From: a virus
Taxonomy: Duplodnaviria > Caudoviricetes
Direction: 5' to 3' (one strand)
DNA: 63,048 bases
Virus record (IMG/VR): IMGVR_UViG_3300049328_000002
Coordinates: 1-63,048 of that record
Part shown: positions 37,101 to 45,335 of the stretch, in pieces
Numbering within the stretch: the first letter of the stretch is position 1
How the letters are laid out: every line of letters starts with the position of its first letter
Translations under genes and position numbers: made by a program
Notes under the pieces: model-generated
What the model was told of the DNA's origin: nothing
Seen by the model: the letters and a program-made list of their open reading frames with translations, nothing else
Database searches by the model: none

Positions 37101-38397
37101 GATGCACATGGACGGCGCGAACGGATCGACCACCTTTACCGACGTTAAAGGCAAGGTCGTAACTCCAAACGGCAACGCGCAGATCAGCACAACTCAATCG
37201 AAGTTTGGCGGCGCGAGTGCGCTTTTCGATGGGGCTGGGGACTATCTGCAACTCGCGCAGTCCACCGACTTCGATATGACTTCGGACTTCACGTTCGAGT
37301 GCTGGGTGCGGCCGACGACATTCTCGAACAGTCGAGCGATTGTGTCGAAGTACAACAACTCGAGCAACGGGTTCGTGGTCCAATGCGGTACGAGCGGCAC
37401 CGTGGCGTTTTTTGTCGGTACTACGAGCGGCTATCAACTCGTGCAATCCAGCGTTTCCCTGGTCATCAACACCTGGTCGCACATCGCATGCACGATGCGA
37501 GGTAAAACGATGCGCGTTTTCATCAATGGTGTTCTGTCAGGCACGTCAACGTACACGGGAACGATCGGAGTCATCTCGGCTCCGTTGTACATCGGTCGAG
37601 ACCCGCTCGATACGAGCCGCGATTTCAGCGGCAACATCGACGACGTACGGATCACGCGCGTATGCCGCTATACGAAAACATTCGTGCTTTCGCCTGAAGC
37701 GAACCCCGATCGCAACGTGTGCCCGGATACCGAAGATCCGTTCTTCACCGAGACCGCGCTGCTGCTTCACATGAACGGCGCGAACGCATCGACCACCTTC
37801 ACCGATGTCAAAGGTAAGACGGTCACGCCGAGCGGCAATGCGCAGATCAGCACAGCGCAGTCTCGCTTCGGCGGCGCGAGTGCATTGCTCGACGGCACGG
37901 GAGACTTCCTATCCGTGGCCGACTCGGCTGACTTCTCGATCGTCGGCGACTTCACGGTTGAGGCATGGATTCGACCGGCCGTGCTCGGCGGCAACCGCTA
38001 CATCGTTCGTAAGGGCACGTCCTCGAGTTACAACCAGGGGTTCGGTTTGTGCCTGGGCGCAGCCCTGGACGGAAGCATTTTCTTCTACATCGGCAACGGC
38101 TCCGCGCAGAGCGTAACAACTTCTGCCGCCGTGGCGGTCAACGCCTGGTCCCATGTCGCCGCTACGAAGCAGGGGAACACGCTGCGGATCTTCATCAACG
38201 GCACGCTGTCGGCGACGGGAACCTACTCAGGCACCGGGCAGGATGTCGCGCAGGATCTGACGATTGGCCGCGATACGAACGTGCCGGCGCGAGACTTCAA
38301 CGGCTACATCGACGACGTGCGGATCACGCGCGCGGCGCGCTACGTCGACAGCTTCACGCCGCCGAAGATCGCGCATCCGGACGTGGTGATGAGCTGA
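34087..38397 (+). CDS. Tail tip / central fibre protein (gpJ-like) with three C-terminal LamG (ConA-like) domains
   Basis: PAYRG, ANPSHMI, RPYPPGNV; LamG motifs FTxExW, LYIDG, FNGYIDDVRIT. Confidence 0.9.
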   Translation: MSKGKKVTIGYWYSIGWHSILCQGGADAILKIRYADRDAWVGNVTTNQTVYINNPNLLGGEKREGGLQGNVDFMFGGEDQQVNPYLALHSNRTIIPNYFGSFSDSGFISGFIRMLANLGLTANQATTQNGGMPVPAYRGVVSLVFKSFTFAAMNPYMKNMAVTVRRVPKSLGADYSAITLHGRKHANPSHMIYDVLTNGTWGLGYGIDDVDVTTFTTAAFRLFSEGFGLSVAWTNETTAEDFINLILRHINATLYPAPDTGKYTLKLIRDDYEVDDLPTLDPSNIISLKSFQRAAPTDLTNEVSVQYFDPDQSKTAKVTLQNLASIKAVGRIIRQVIDLPAIRDGALAARVAQREVQTLSTPLASAQIEVNLTTWSWARPGAVFKLNWPKLGITQLICRISDVEYGELRSGRIVLNVIEDVFGLPETSYVVNDPPTWTPVPNDLGDITTYRLLEWPYYLLIQNFGEDYATSLVDERNFTGAIAARSNGTWTGFQVHELVAGSYRYNMSNSFSPWVGVTNAITKQPTDNVWSYEFFYSDDEIEVGSIGVIDDEWVQVTAINHTTMSVTVLRAIFDSVPATHIAGSRIWFNLLDTEFDDSTTRFEGETVTYKLLPEAGSEVLPLATATPRSLTLRGRQERPYPPGNVKFNGEYFPANVSEELNLTWAFRDRTQQTAAPTNWTAGNIGPEVGTTTTVKVYRSADNALLHTGSAIALTTYSVGSAQIGDETNIRIDVLSVRAALESYQIVSHTMNRLVSGDPYSAMVLSDAPLGYWRLGESTGATVANDSSGNARHGTTVSSVTFQQTALTVTSSLNKAARFDGGGYVGVPYVAALAPSAALTVETWMQVFTKPTSTAINSVISKTETGGYNMQFAATASRFEFLVYVNGAYLSAGVAMSTINLNETYHCVGTYDGRYARLYIDGALVATADAGATYPITYSNNNSLMIGADPGSGALPVSGQFFNGYIDEVSVYGIAISATAAAARYKLGRGLVSYREDPFFDKVALAMHMDGANGSTTFTDVKGKVVTPNGNAQISTTQSKFGGASALFDGAGDYLQLAQSTDFDMTSDFTFECWVRPTTFSNSRAIVSKYNNSSNGFVVQCGTSGTVAFFVGTTSGYQLVQSSVSLVINTWSHIACTMRGKTMRVFINGVLSGTSTYTGTIGVISAPLYIGRDPLDTSRDFSGNIDDVRITRVCRYTKTFVLSPEANPDRNVCPDTEDPFFTETALLLHMNGANASTTFTDVKGKTVTPSGNAQISTAQSRFGGASALLDGTGDFLSVADSADFSIVGDFTVEAWIRPAVLGGNRYIVRKGTSSSYNQGFGLCLGAALDGSIFFYIGNGSAQSVTTSAAVAVNAWSHVAATKQGNTLRIFINGTLSATGTYSGTGQDVAQDLTIGRDTNVPARDFNGYIDDVRITRAARYVDSFTPPKIAHPDVVMS

Positions 38398-38453
38398 CCT
38401 GGCGGGGGCTCCGGCCCCCGGATTCCCATGGCAGCCATTATGCGTCTACAATG

Positions 38454-38488
38454 TGAACTGTTTGTTGACACGATCAACCATATGTTGA
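38454..38488. promoter_or_regulatory. Tandem TCAAC-N5-GTTGA boxes (20-bp period) before the lysis cassette
   Basis: TGAACTGTTTGTTGA at 38454; TCAACCATATGTTGA at 38474; TTGACA at 38465. Confidence 0.75.
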
Positions 38489-38518
38489 ATCCATAAACGC
38501 TCGGCGGGGGCTCAAACG

Positions 38519-38839
38519 GTGCAGGAATTCTTCGCGGGGGTGGCTGCAAAGTTGGCACGCATGGCCGAACTGGGGCTGCTCGCATCGTATGGGGCTGCTG
38601 CCAATTACGTGTACGTGATGTTGAAGAACGACGACCAGAAATTCTCGATGTTCAAATTCATCGGCTTGTTATTCCTGGCCACGTTCATCGGGAATTTCTT
38701 CGGGGGGTTCATACCGGCCGATACGAAGGTTCGAGATGAACTGTTAATGGGCTTCGGGTTCTGCACGTTTCCTCTGCTCGCCGCTTTGGAATCGAAGATC
38801 TCGCAGCTCGCCATCAAGTATCTCGACAAGCGAGTTTGA
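38519..38839 (+). CDS. Putative holin
   Basis: 106 aa, about 3 TM segments, basic C-terminus; first gene of the cassette. Confidence 0.6.
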   Translation: MQEFFAGVAAKLARMAELGLLASYGAAANYVYVMLKNDDQKFSMFKFIGLLFLATFIGNFFGGFIPADTKVRDELLMGFGFCTFPLLAALESKISQLAIKYLDKRV

Positions 38840-39192
38840 GCATGCTCATAACGACGACACTGATCACGATGCTCTACCTGTGGGTGATCATTCGTGCAGT
38901 TTCATTCTTCAGGCTTCCAGGCGATGCCCGCGACAACGATAAAACAATCGCGGCAGTAATCATCGCGGTGTGTGTGATGTTCATAGTCGCACGCATCACC
39001 ACCTACGTCGTTGAGCCTTGGGTAGTCCGAGGCAACAGCACCTCACAGGCGCTGTGGATCGGCGGCTCGCTACTGAACGCCATGCTCTATCTCGCCATGC
39101 TTCACCAGATGATCGAACACCGTCGCTGCCATCGCGATCGTCGTCATCACCATAGACACCACCAATCACACCCCCACGGAGAACCACGATGA
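38836..39192 (+). CDS. Membrane protein (3 TM, His/Arg-rich tail); holin/antiholin candidate
   Basis: Three hydrophobic segments. Confidence 0.6.
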   Translation: MSMLITTTLITMLYLWVIIRAVSFFRLPGDARDNDKTIAAVIIAVCVMFIVARITTYVVEPWVVRGNSTSQALWIGGSLLNAMLYLAMLHQMIEHRRCHRDRRHHHRHHQSHPHGEPR

Positions 39193-39620
39193 TCACACGT
39201 CGAATTGCCATCATGCCCATGCTCGCCGGACTCGTTCTGGCGTTTTCGCTTACCGCCTGCCAGACCGTCGAATCGAAACCGATGGCTGCACGCCTGGCCG
39301 TCACCGTTGCCACGCTGAAGGTCATCGAAGCGGACAAGACTGATCAGGCCGCACGCGCGCAGCGAGTTGCCGCTGTCGCACGCGACGCGCAGAAGCTGCT
39401 CGATGGTGAGCAGGTCACGCTCGGCGCGATCCAGGCAGCCGTGAAGGCCCGCCTCGATAGCTCCGAGCTTTCGCCTTCCGACCGGATACTCGCGGACACC
39501 CTGGTCGTGATGATCTCGGACGAGCTGCGCGCACGCATCGGCGATGGTCTGCTGAGCCCCGAACAACGCCTCACGGTGAGCACGGTGCTCGACTGGGTCG
39601 CCGTGGCAGCGGGTGGTTGA
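39189..39620 (+). CDS. Lipoprotein
   Basis: Signal peptide ending in lipobox LTAC. Confidence 0.75.
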   Translation: MITRRIAIMPMLAGLVLAFSLTACQTVESKPMAARLAVTVATLKVIEADKTDQAARAQRVAAVARDAQKLLDGEQVTLGAIQAAVKARLDSSELSPSDRILADTLVVMISDELRARIGDGLLSPEQRLTVSTVLDWVAVAAGG

Positions 39621-39623
39621 TCG

Positions 39624-40103
39624 ATGTTCATCACGAGACTGCGCACGGACTGCTATGCGCCAGACGGATCGATTCAAGACGGCGAGTTCGTTCTGACCGC
39701 GCCGCTCATTTGGGAGCTGGCGCCAAACACGCGGCTGATCGTGCCGACGCACTTCATCACCGATTTTGCATCGATCCCGAAGGCACTGCATTTCATGCCG
39801 GGCTTCGATGTGAACGGCCGCTCGCGCGCCGCTTCGGTTCTGCACGACTGGCTGTACTGCGCGCAGAAAGAGGTGCTGGTCTACAACGAGAGCGGCGAAC
39901 TCGACCATGCGCCGTTTTCTCGGCCGCAAGCCGATGCGCTGTTTCGTGATGCGCTGCTCGCAACAAACAATCCGCCGATAGTCGCGCATGCGATGTACGC
40001 GGCCGTGCGCTGCTTCGGCTGGCGCTATTGGGATAAGCGCCACGACGGTCTCGATTCGAATTACGACTTCGCGCTCCCGCAAGACCTCCTTTCCAACCAG
40101 TAG
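39624..40103 (+). CDS. DUF1353 domain protein
   Basis: VP..F.TDFASIP...ASVLHDWLY...ADALF...MYAAVR.FG. Confidence 0.85.
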   Translation: MFITRLRTDCYAPDGSIQDGEFVLTAPLIWELAPNTRLIVPTHFITDFASIPKALHFMPGFDVNGRSRAASVLHDWLYCAQKEVLVYNESGELDHAPFSRPQADALFRDALLATNNPPIVAHAMYAAVRCFGWRYWDKRHDGLDSNYDFALPQDLLSNQ

Positions 40104-40105
40104 AG

Positions 40106-40576
40106 ATGGCCATCATGATTATGAAAAAGACAATTTTTAGCAGCATCGCCGCGCTGGCGTTTATCGCGTACGCGGGCATCGCGAGTGCCGACGAAGCCGT
40201 ATCGGCAACCGGCAACTGGGCCGCGCCAACCGTGTACACCGATGGCACGCAGATCGAGCCCGGCGACATCGTCGAGTACCGCGTCTACACCTCGATCGAC
40301 GGCGCGATCAGCGACGACCCGGAGTCGGCGCACACGAAGGTCACGAGCGGAACGACGCAGGTAATCGAGCTGTCCCTGAAGCCTCGTCCGACGCCGTACG
40401 TGCTGACGATGGGCGTGCGCGCGGTGACGAGCAACGGCGGCATCTCGGATCTGAGTAACTTGATCTCGAAGTCGTTCGCCGTGAAGACGAGCGCAAAACC
40501 GAATGCGCCGACCAGTGTGCAGTTCAACATCACCTGCTCGAGCGGCTGCGTCATCACGCCGATCGAAGCGCCCTAA
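40106..40576 (+). CDS. Secreted FN3-like beta-sandwich protein
   Basis: MKK signal peptide with ASA cleavage site; W.AP...YRVY...VRAV...SDLSN. Confidence 0.7.
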   Translation: MAIMIMKKTIFSSIAALAFIAYAGIASADEAVSATGNWAAPTVYTDGTQIEPGDIVEYRVYTSIDGAISDDPESAHTKVTSGTTQVIELSLKPRPTPYVLTMGVRAVTSNGGISDLSNLISKSFAVKTSAKPNAPTSVQFNITCSSGCVITPIEAP

Positions 40577-40591
40577 TCGGAGATAGCCGCG

Positions 40592-41053
40592 ATGGCCCGC
40601 CTGCATCTTAGTGCCAACCTCAATGCTTTTCTCGACATGCTCGCCACGGCCGAAGGAACGATCGGCCGCGGGGACGACGGCTATAACGTGCAGGTGGGCG
40701 GCGCACTCTTCGACAGCTACAACGACCATCCGCGCGAGGCGGTGTTCCTGCGGAGTTACCGGATCTACTCGACCGCGGCCGGTCGCTACCAGTTCCTCAA
40801 AGCGACATGGGACCAGCTCGCGAAAAAGCTATCGCTTTCCGATTTCTCGCCCGCTTCGCAGGACGAGGCGTGCATCGAGCTGCTGAGACAGAGAAAGGCG
40901 CTCCCACTGATCGAACAGGGCCGTTTTCGCGATGCCGTTGAGCGCGTGAGAACGATATGGGCGAGCTTGCCGGGCGCAGGCTACGGTCAGCGCGAAGTCG
41001 ACCTGGCGAAGCTCTCTGACATTTACGTTAAGGCCGGGGGTGCGCTGGCGTGA
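40592..41053 (+). CDS. Endolysin, lambda R-type lytic transglycosylase
   Basis: AFLDMLA..EGT, STAAGRYQFL..TW, DFSP.SQD, WASLPGAGYGQ. Confidence 0.93.
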   Translation: MARLHLSANLNAFLDMLATAEGTIGRGDDGYNVQVGGALFDSYNDHPREAVFLRSYRIYSTAAGRYQFLKATWDQLAKKLSLSDFSPASQDEACIELLRQRKALPLIEQGRFRDAVERVRTIWASLPGAGYGQREVDLAKLSDIYVKAGGALA

Positions 41054-41469
41054 GTACGAAGGTTCAAACCTATACCAACATCGGTGAACGCCTCGATCTC
41101 GAGGTGCGCCAGGGCTCGACGCTCGGCCCACTCAGAAACACGCTCTACCACAAGCGCGTTAATCCGACCGATCCTCGCGAGCCTGTGGATCTGACCGGCG
41201 CGATCGTACGCGGCATGGTCCGCAAGACTTCGGTCGATCCTGTGGTCGTCGCCGAGTTTGCAATAACGATCGCCGCGGACCCTGCTGATGGTTATTACGA
41301 CTTCGGTCTGTCGGCCAGCGTCACCGCGACCATGCGTGCGACCGCGAACATGACCGCGCGCGAATCGACGTACTACTGGGACACCGAATGTGAGCTGCCG
41401 TCCGGCCGCGTCATTCCGTGCCACTACGGCGCTCTGCGCATCCAAGCCGAGGCTACTCGAGATGAGTGA
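41050..41469 (+). CDS. Fibre-associated adaptor-like protein
   Basis: QG.T...PVDLTG...YYWD.E...G pattern; precedes the collagen-like gene. Confidence 0.65.
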   Translation: MSTKVQTYTNIGERLDLEVRQGSTLGPLRNTLYHKRVNPTDPREPVDLTGAIVRGMVRKTSVDPVVVAEFAITIAADPADGYYDFGLSASVTATMRATANMTARESTYYWDTECELPSGRVIPCHYGALRIQAEATRDE

Positions 41470-43156
41470 TGAATTTGAAATGGAAGTGACGGTGCCAGGC
41501 ACCGAGCTGATCCCCGGCCCGCCGGGCGCTTCCGCATACGAAGTGGCCGTTGAGGAAGGTTTCGATGGCACCGAGGCGGAATGGCTCGAATCGTTGAAGG
41601 GTGACGACGGTGCCCCTGGCCAGGATGGCAGCGACGGTACGGACGGTGCGGACGGTGCACCAGGTGCTGCCGGCCGCTCGGCATATCAGATCGCACTCGA
41701 TAATGGCTTCAGTGGCGACCAGGCTGCATGGCTCGCGTCGCTGAAGGGTGCAGACGGGGATGACGGCGACGACGGTGCGCCTGGCGCTGACGGCGACGCT
41801 GGTAGTTCGGCATATCAGATCGCGCTCGATAATGGTTTCGTCGGTAGCCAGGGGGCATGGCTCGCGTCGCTGAAGGGTGCAGACGGCACTGGCGTATCGA
41901 TCATCGGTTCGCTCGAAGATAGCGCGGATCTGCCGGGGAGCGGCAGCAACGGCGATGCGTATCTGATCGCCGGCAATTTGTGGGTGTGGGCCGCTGACCA
42001 TTGGGAAGACGCCGGCAACATCCAAGGGCCGCAAGGTGTGCCTGGCGTTGACGGCGCGGACGGTGCAGATGGTAGCGACGGTGCGCCGGGTGCTGATGGT
42101 AGCGACGGTGCGCCGGGGATCTCTGCATACCAGGTGGCGCTCAACAATGGTTTCGTCGGCGACCAGGGTGTATGGCTCGCGTCGCTGAAGGGTGAGCCCG
42201 GTGATGACGGTGCAGACGGTGATGACGGTGCTCCCGGTGCCGATGGTGAGGACGGCCGCTCGGCATATCAGGTCGCGCTCGACAACGGCTTCAGTGGCAA
42301 CCAAGCGGCATGGCTCGCGTCGCTGAAGGGCGCAGACGGCGAGCCTGGTGCTGACGGTGCTCCCGGCACCCCCGGCGCGGATGGTGCGCCTGGCGCTGAC
42401 GGCGACGATGGTGATCCGGGGATCTCTGCGTACCAGGTGGCAGTCAACAACGGTTTCATCGGCAATGAGACCGCGTGGCTCGCGTCGCTGAAGGGCGATC
42501 AGGGGGATCAGGGCGAGCCCGGTGCCGATGGTGCGCCTGGCGCAGCTGGCGAGGACGGTGCTCCGGGGATCTCCGCATATCAGGTCGCGCTCAACAATGG
42601 TTTCGTCGGCAACCAGGCGGCATGGCTCGCATCGCTGAAGGGCGCTGACGGCGCCGATGGTGCAGACGGTGAGGATGGCGCCCCTGGTGCTGACGGTGCC
42701 CCCGGTATGCCAGGCGCTGATGGTGAGGATGGCGCCCCTGGTGCTGACGGTGCCCCCGGTATGCCAGGCGCTGATGGTGAGGACGGTGAGCAAGGACCGC
42801 CCGGCCCGAACACAGGCATCACGCTCGTATCGTTCGCCGCGGAAATTGATAACGGCAACTCGGGCGCGGCGAAGACCGTCGACTTCGAGAACGGCAACAA
42901 GCAAAAGATCACGCTCACCGCGGATGCGACGCTGACGATCGCCGAGTTCCCCGGTGTCGGCCATTACCAGCTGCGGATCATTCAGGACGAAACCGGCGAT
43001 TGGGATCTCACGCTCGCCGGCATCAGCTCGAGCCGCTGGCTTGGCGCGACCGCGCAACCTGATCACAACATGGCCCCGGACGGCGAGACGGTGCTGTCGA
43101 TTTTCTTCGACGGCACGAACACCTTGCAGTCCATGTTGAAGGTTGGCCAGCAATGA
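41462..43156 (+). CDS. Collagen-like fibre protein
   Basis: G-X-Y tracts interrupted by seven SAYxxAxxxGFxGxxxxWLxSLKG repeats. Confidence 0.85.
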   Translation: MSDEFEMEVTVPGTELIPGPPGASAYEVAVEEGFDGTEAEWLESLKGDDGAPGQDGSDGTDGADGAPGAAGRSAYQIALDNGFSGDQAAWLASLKGADGDDGDDGAPGADGDAGSSAYQIALDNGFVGSQGAWLASLKGADGTGVSIIGSLEDSADLPGSGSNGDAYLIAGNLWVWAADHWEDAGNIQGPQGVPGVDGADGADGSDGAPGADGSDGAPGISAYQVALNNGFVGDQGVWLASLKGEPGDDGADGDDGAPGADGEDGRSAYQVALDNGFSGNQAAWLASLKGADGEPGADGAPGTPGADGAPGADGDDGDPGISAYQVAVNNGFIGNETAWLASLKGDQGDQGEPGADGAPGAAGEDGAPGISAYQVALNNGFVGNQAAWLASLKGADGADGADGEDGAPGADGAPGMPGADGEDGAPGADGAPGMPGADGEDGEQGPPGPNTGITLVSFAAEIDNGNSGAAKTVDFENGNKQKITLTADATLTIAEFPGVGHYQLRIIQDETGDWDLTLAGISSSRWLGATAQPDHNMAPDGETVLSIFFDGTNTLQSMLKVGQQ

Positions 43157-44559
43157 CGAACATCCATCTGCCGGCGCACGGTGGTCGCCGCTACAGCGAT
43201 CCGACGAAGATCCCAAACGGCAACGTGGTCATGCCGACGCTCGGCGCGCTGACAATGGGCGACGACTATGCAGACGCGGCGTTCTCCGGTGGCAACGTGA
43301 CTACGGTGACGCCGCAGTGGCGCGTCGGCACAAGCGGCACTTGGAACAACGAATCGAACACGTCAACGTCGCCCGCGCATTTCGACGGCCTGTTCGAAGA
43401 GTCGCTGCATCAGTTCCGGTTGCGAGATCCTGCTTCCGGCGCTGTGTCGAACATCGTCAGCGGCACGACGGTGAACGTAGCTGTCGTTGCACCTACGTTG
43501 GGCGACCCGACAGTCATGAGCGTTTCGGTAGTCAACCTGCCGTACAGCGGCGGCAGCGGATTCACAACGCTGACCCCGCAGTGGTCGGTTGCAGGCGAGA
43601 ACAGTTGGACATCGGCGTCGGCAGCTACCGGCTCACCTGCGGTGGTTACAGGTTTGCCCGATCCGTCGACCAGCTACGACTTTCGTTTACGTGCCCAGGG
43701 TGGCGGCGACACGGTATATAGCAATGTCGTGACTGCGACGACCGCGAGCACTGAAGACCCTACCGCAGTACCCATTCTGTTTAGCGACTTCGAGACATAC
43801 ACGATGCCGGGGTCGTGGCAGTTCGGCGCTCAAGATGGCGGAACCGTTGCGCTGTCCACGTCGACCGCGTCGAATTATAACGGCAGCGCGAAGAGTGTGC
43901 GCGGCGTGTATCCCGCGCATATGGGAACGGACGGTGGTGTTTTTATTTGGGGCCTCCAATACCCCGGAGACTACCCTGGCTGGGTGTCGTCTAAGAATGA
44001 AGTGTATGTGCGCTTCTACGCAAAAATGCCGGGAGCTAAATGGGGCTGCAAATTTCTGAAAGTATTCGGCGGGGATAACGGCAACGGCTCCATCTCGAAT
44101 TGCACGTTCGGCCTTGACTACACGGGCGAGAATCCAGGTTCCCTGATTCAAGTATCGTTTGGCGACGGCACAGACCCACATAACGATACTCAGAATGTCA
44201 TTCGATTGGATGGCAGCGATCCCGATTTTGTCGGTAGATCCTACGGGCAGGCCGTCATATCCACGCCGCAAAATGATGCGTGGAATGACTGGGGCACTGG
44301 CTGGCATCTGTTCGAATTTGCCGTTGGTTTTAACTCGGGCACCAGCTCTGCCAACGAGGTGGCCGATGGTTGGTTCATTGTTCGCATTGATGGCGTGACC
44401 TATTTGACGGCCACGAATCTTTTCAATCGTCACTACGCCAGTCCGCCTATCGAAAAGATCGAGCTATTCGGACAGGCGCAGGGCAACAACTCTTCTGCGT
44501 TTGAACTGATGTACGACAACGTGGAAATCACTCAAGGCGCATTTGGGAGTCAAGCATAA
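43153..44559 (+). CDS. FN3-repeat protein with C-terminal jelly-roll (lectin or lyase-like) domain
   Basis: Two FN3-like units (QFRLR, YDFRLRA); SDFE...YVRFYAK...WHLFE...IDG...YDNV. Confidence 0.7.
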   Translation: MTNIHLPAHGGRRYSDPTKIPNGNVVMPTLGALTMGDDYADAAFSGGNVTTVTPQWRVGTSGTWNNESNTSTSPAHFDGLFEESLHQFRLRDPASGAVSNIVSGTTVNVAVVAPTLGDPTVMSVSVVNLPYSGGSGFTTLTPQWSVAGENSWTSASAATGSPAVVTGLPDPSTSYDFRLRAQGGGDTVYSNVVTATTASTEDPTAVPILFSDFETYTMPGSWQFGAQDGGTVALSTSTASNYNGSAKSVRGVYPAHMGTDGGVFIWGLQYPGDYPGWVSSKNEVYVRFYAKMPGAKWGCKFLKVFGGDNGNGSISNCTFGLDYTGENPGSLIQVSFGDGTDPHNDTQNVIRLDGSDPDFVGRSYGQAVISTPQNDAWNDWGTGWHLFEFAVGFNSGTSSANEVADGWFIVRIDGVTYLTATNLFNRHYASPPIEKIELFGQAQGNNSSAFELMYDNVEITQGAFGSQA

Positions 44560-45329
44560 TGTCTATTTTAGGAACCACGAACACTGAATGGGTTACGCCG
44601 TCCAGCATCGGGATGTTTGAAGAGGTGTCCCGGCCAACGTATAACGTTGCGCCGATCACACTGGACCTAACAGGCACGGTCGAGTCGGTTGGTGTGCGTA
44701 TCGATGCGGCAAATGACGTAGCGTTCAAGTTTCGCGTTTTTCGCGGGTCTGATCTTGCCGTCATGGGCACTGCCAGCTTTTCTTCCTCGGAAACCGGGGA
44801 TGTCGTAAAGCCGTTTGACACGCCATTCGCAGGTGAAGCGGGCGAAGATTATTTCGGCGTGGTCATGACCGACACCTACCGCATTATCTTGCAGGGGTCC
44901 GGCACTAGCTACGAAACGCAATACGTAGCAACAGGCAGCTATGCGGCGCCGCCGACTGCAATCAGACCGGCAGTGATATTTGATACGGATAGCCCGGACC
45001 CCTCGTCAGCGAACGACTCGTTCTTCTGGCGTCTCGAAGGGACGATCGGTGCTGTTTCGAATATAGGTGTGAACATCACCGGCATCTACGCACCCAACAG
45101 CGACGAGCTCGTGGCCAATGCGACCGACGTTCCGTTCGTGGTCTACAACGAGTTTGCCGGCACGAAGCTGTACGAAGGAACCGTCGATATCACAGACGGC
45201 GACGCCATGCTCAGCGGTGACGAGCTCGGTAGTGTCGACGACAGCGTGTTCGTCGTCCTGCGGTGGATGGTTGGCGAAGACGAGATCGTATACGCCGGCA
45301 CTGAAACCGTCATCGACACCACGGAGTAA
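44559..45329 (+). CDS. Hypothetical beta-rich (structural?) protein
   Basis: TAATG coupling, 256 aa, acidic. Confidence 0.7.
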   Translation: MSILGTTNTEWVTPSSIGMFEEVSRPTYNVAPITLDLTGTVESVGVRIDAANDVAFKFRVFRGSDLAVMGTASFSSSETGDVVKPFDTPFAGEAGEDYFGVVMTDTYRIILQGSGTSYETQYVATGSYAAPPTAIRPAVIFDTDSPDPSSANDSFFWRLEGTIGAVSNIGVNITGIYAPNSDELVANATDVPFVVYNEFAGTKLYEGTVDITDGDAMLSGDELGSVDDSVFVVLRWMVGEDEIVYAGTETVIDTTE

Positions 45330-45335
45330 CCGTCG

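Noticed and set aside
37072-38397. Diversity-generating retroelement TR/VR pair
   Set aside because: Both copies are in-frame domains of one gene, differences are not adenine-specific, and there is no reverse transcriptase
38403-38420. Terminator after the tail tip gene
   Set aside because: Strong hairpin CGGGGGC/GCCCCCG but no U-tract on either strand
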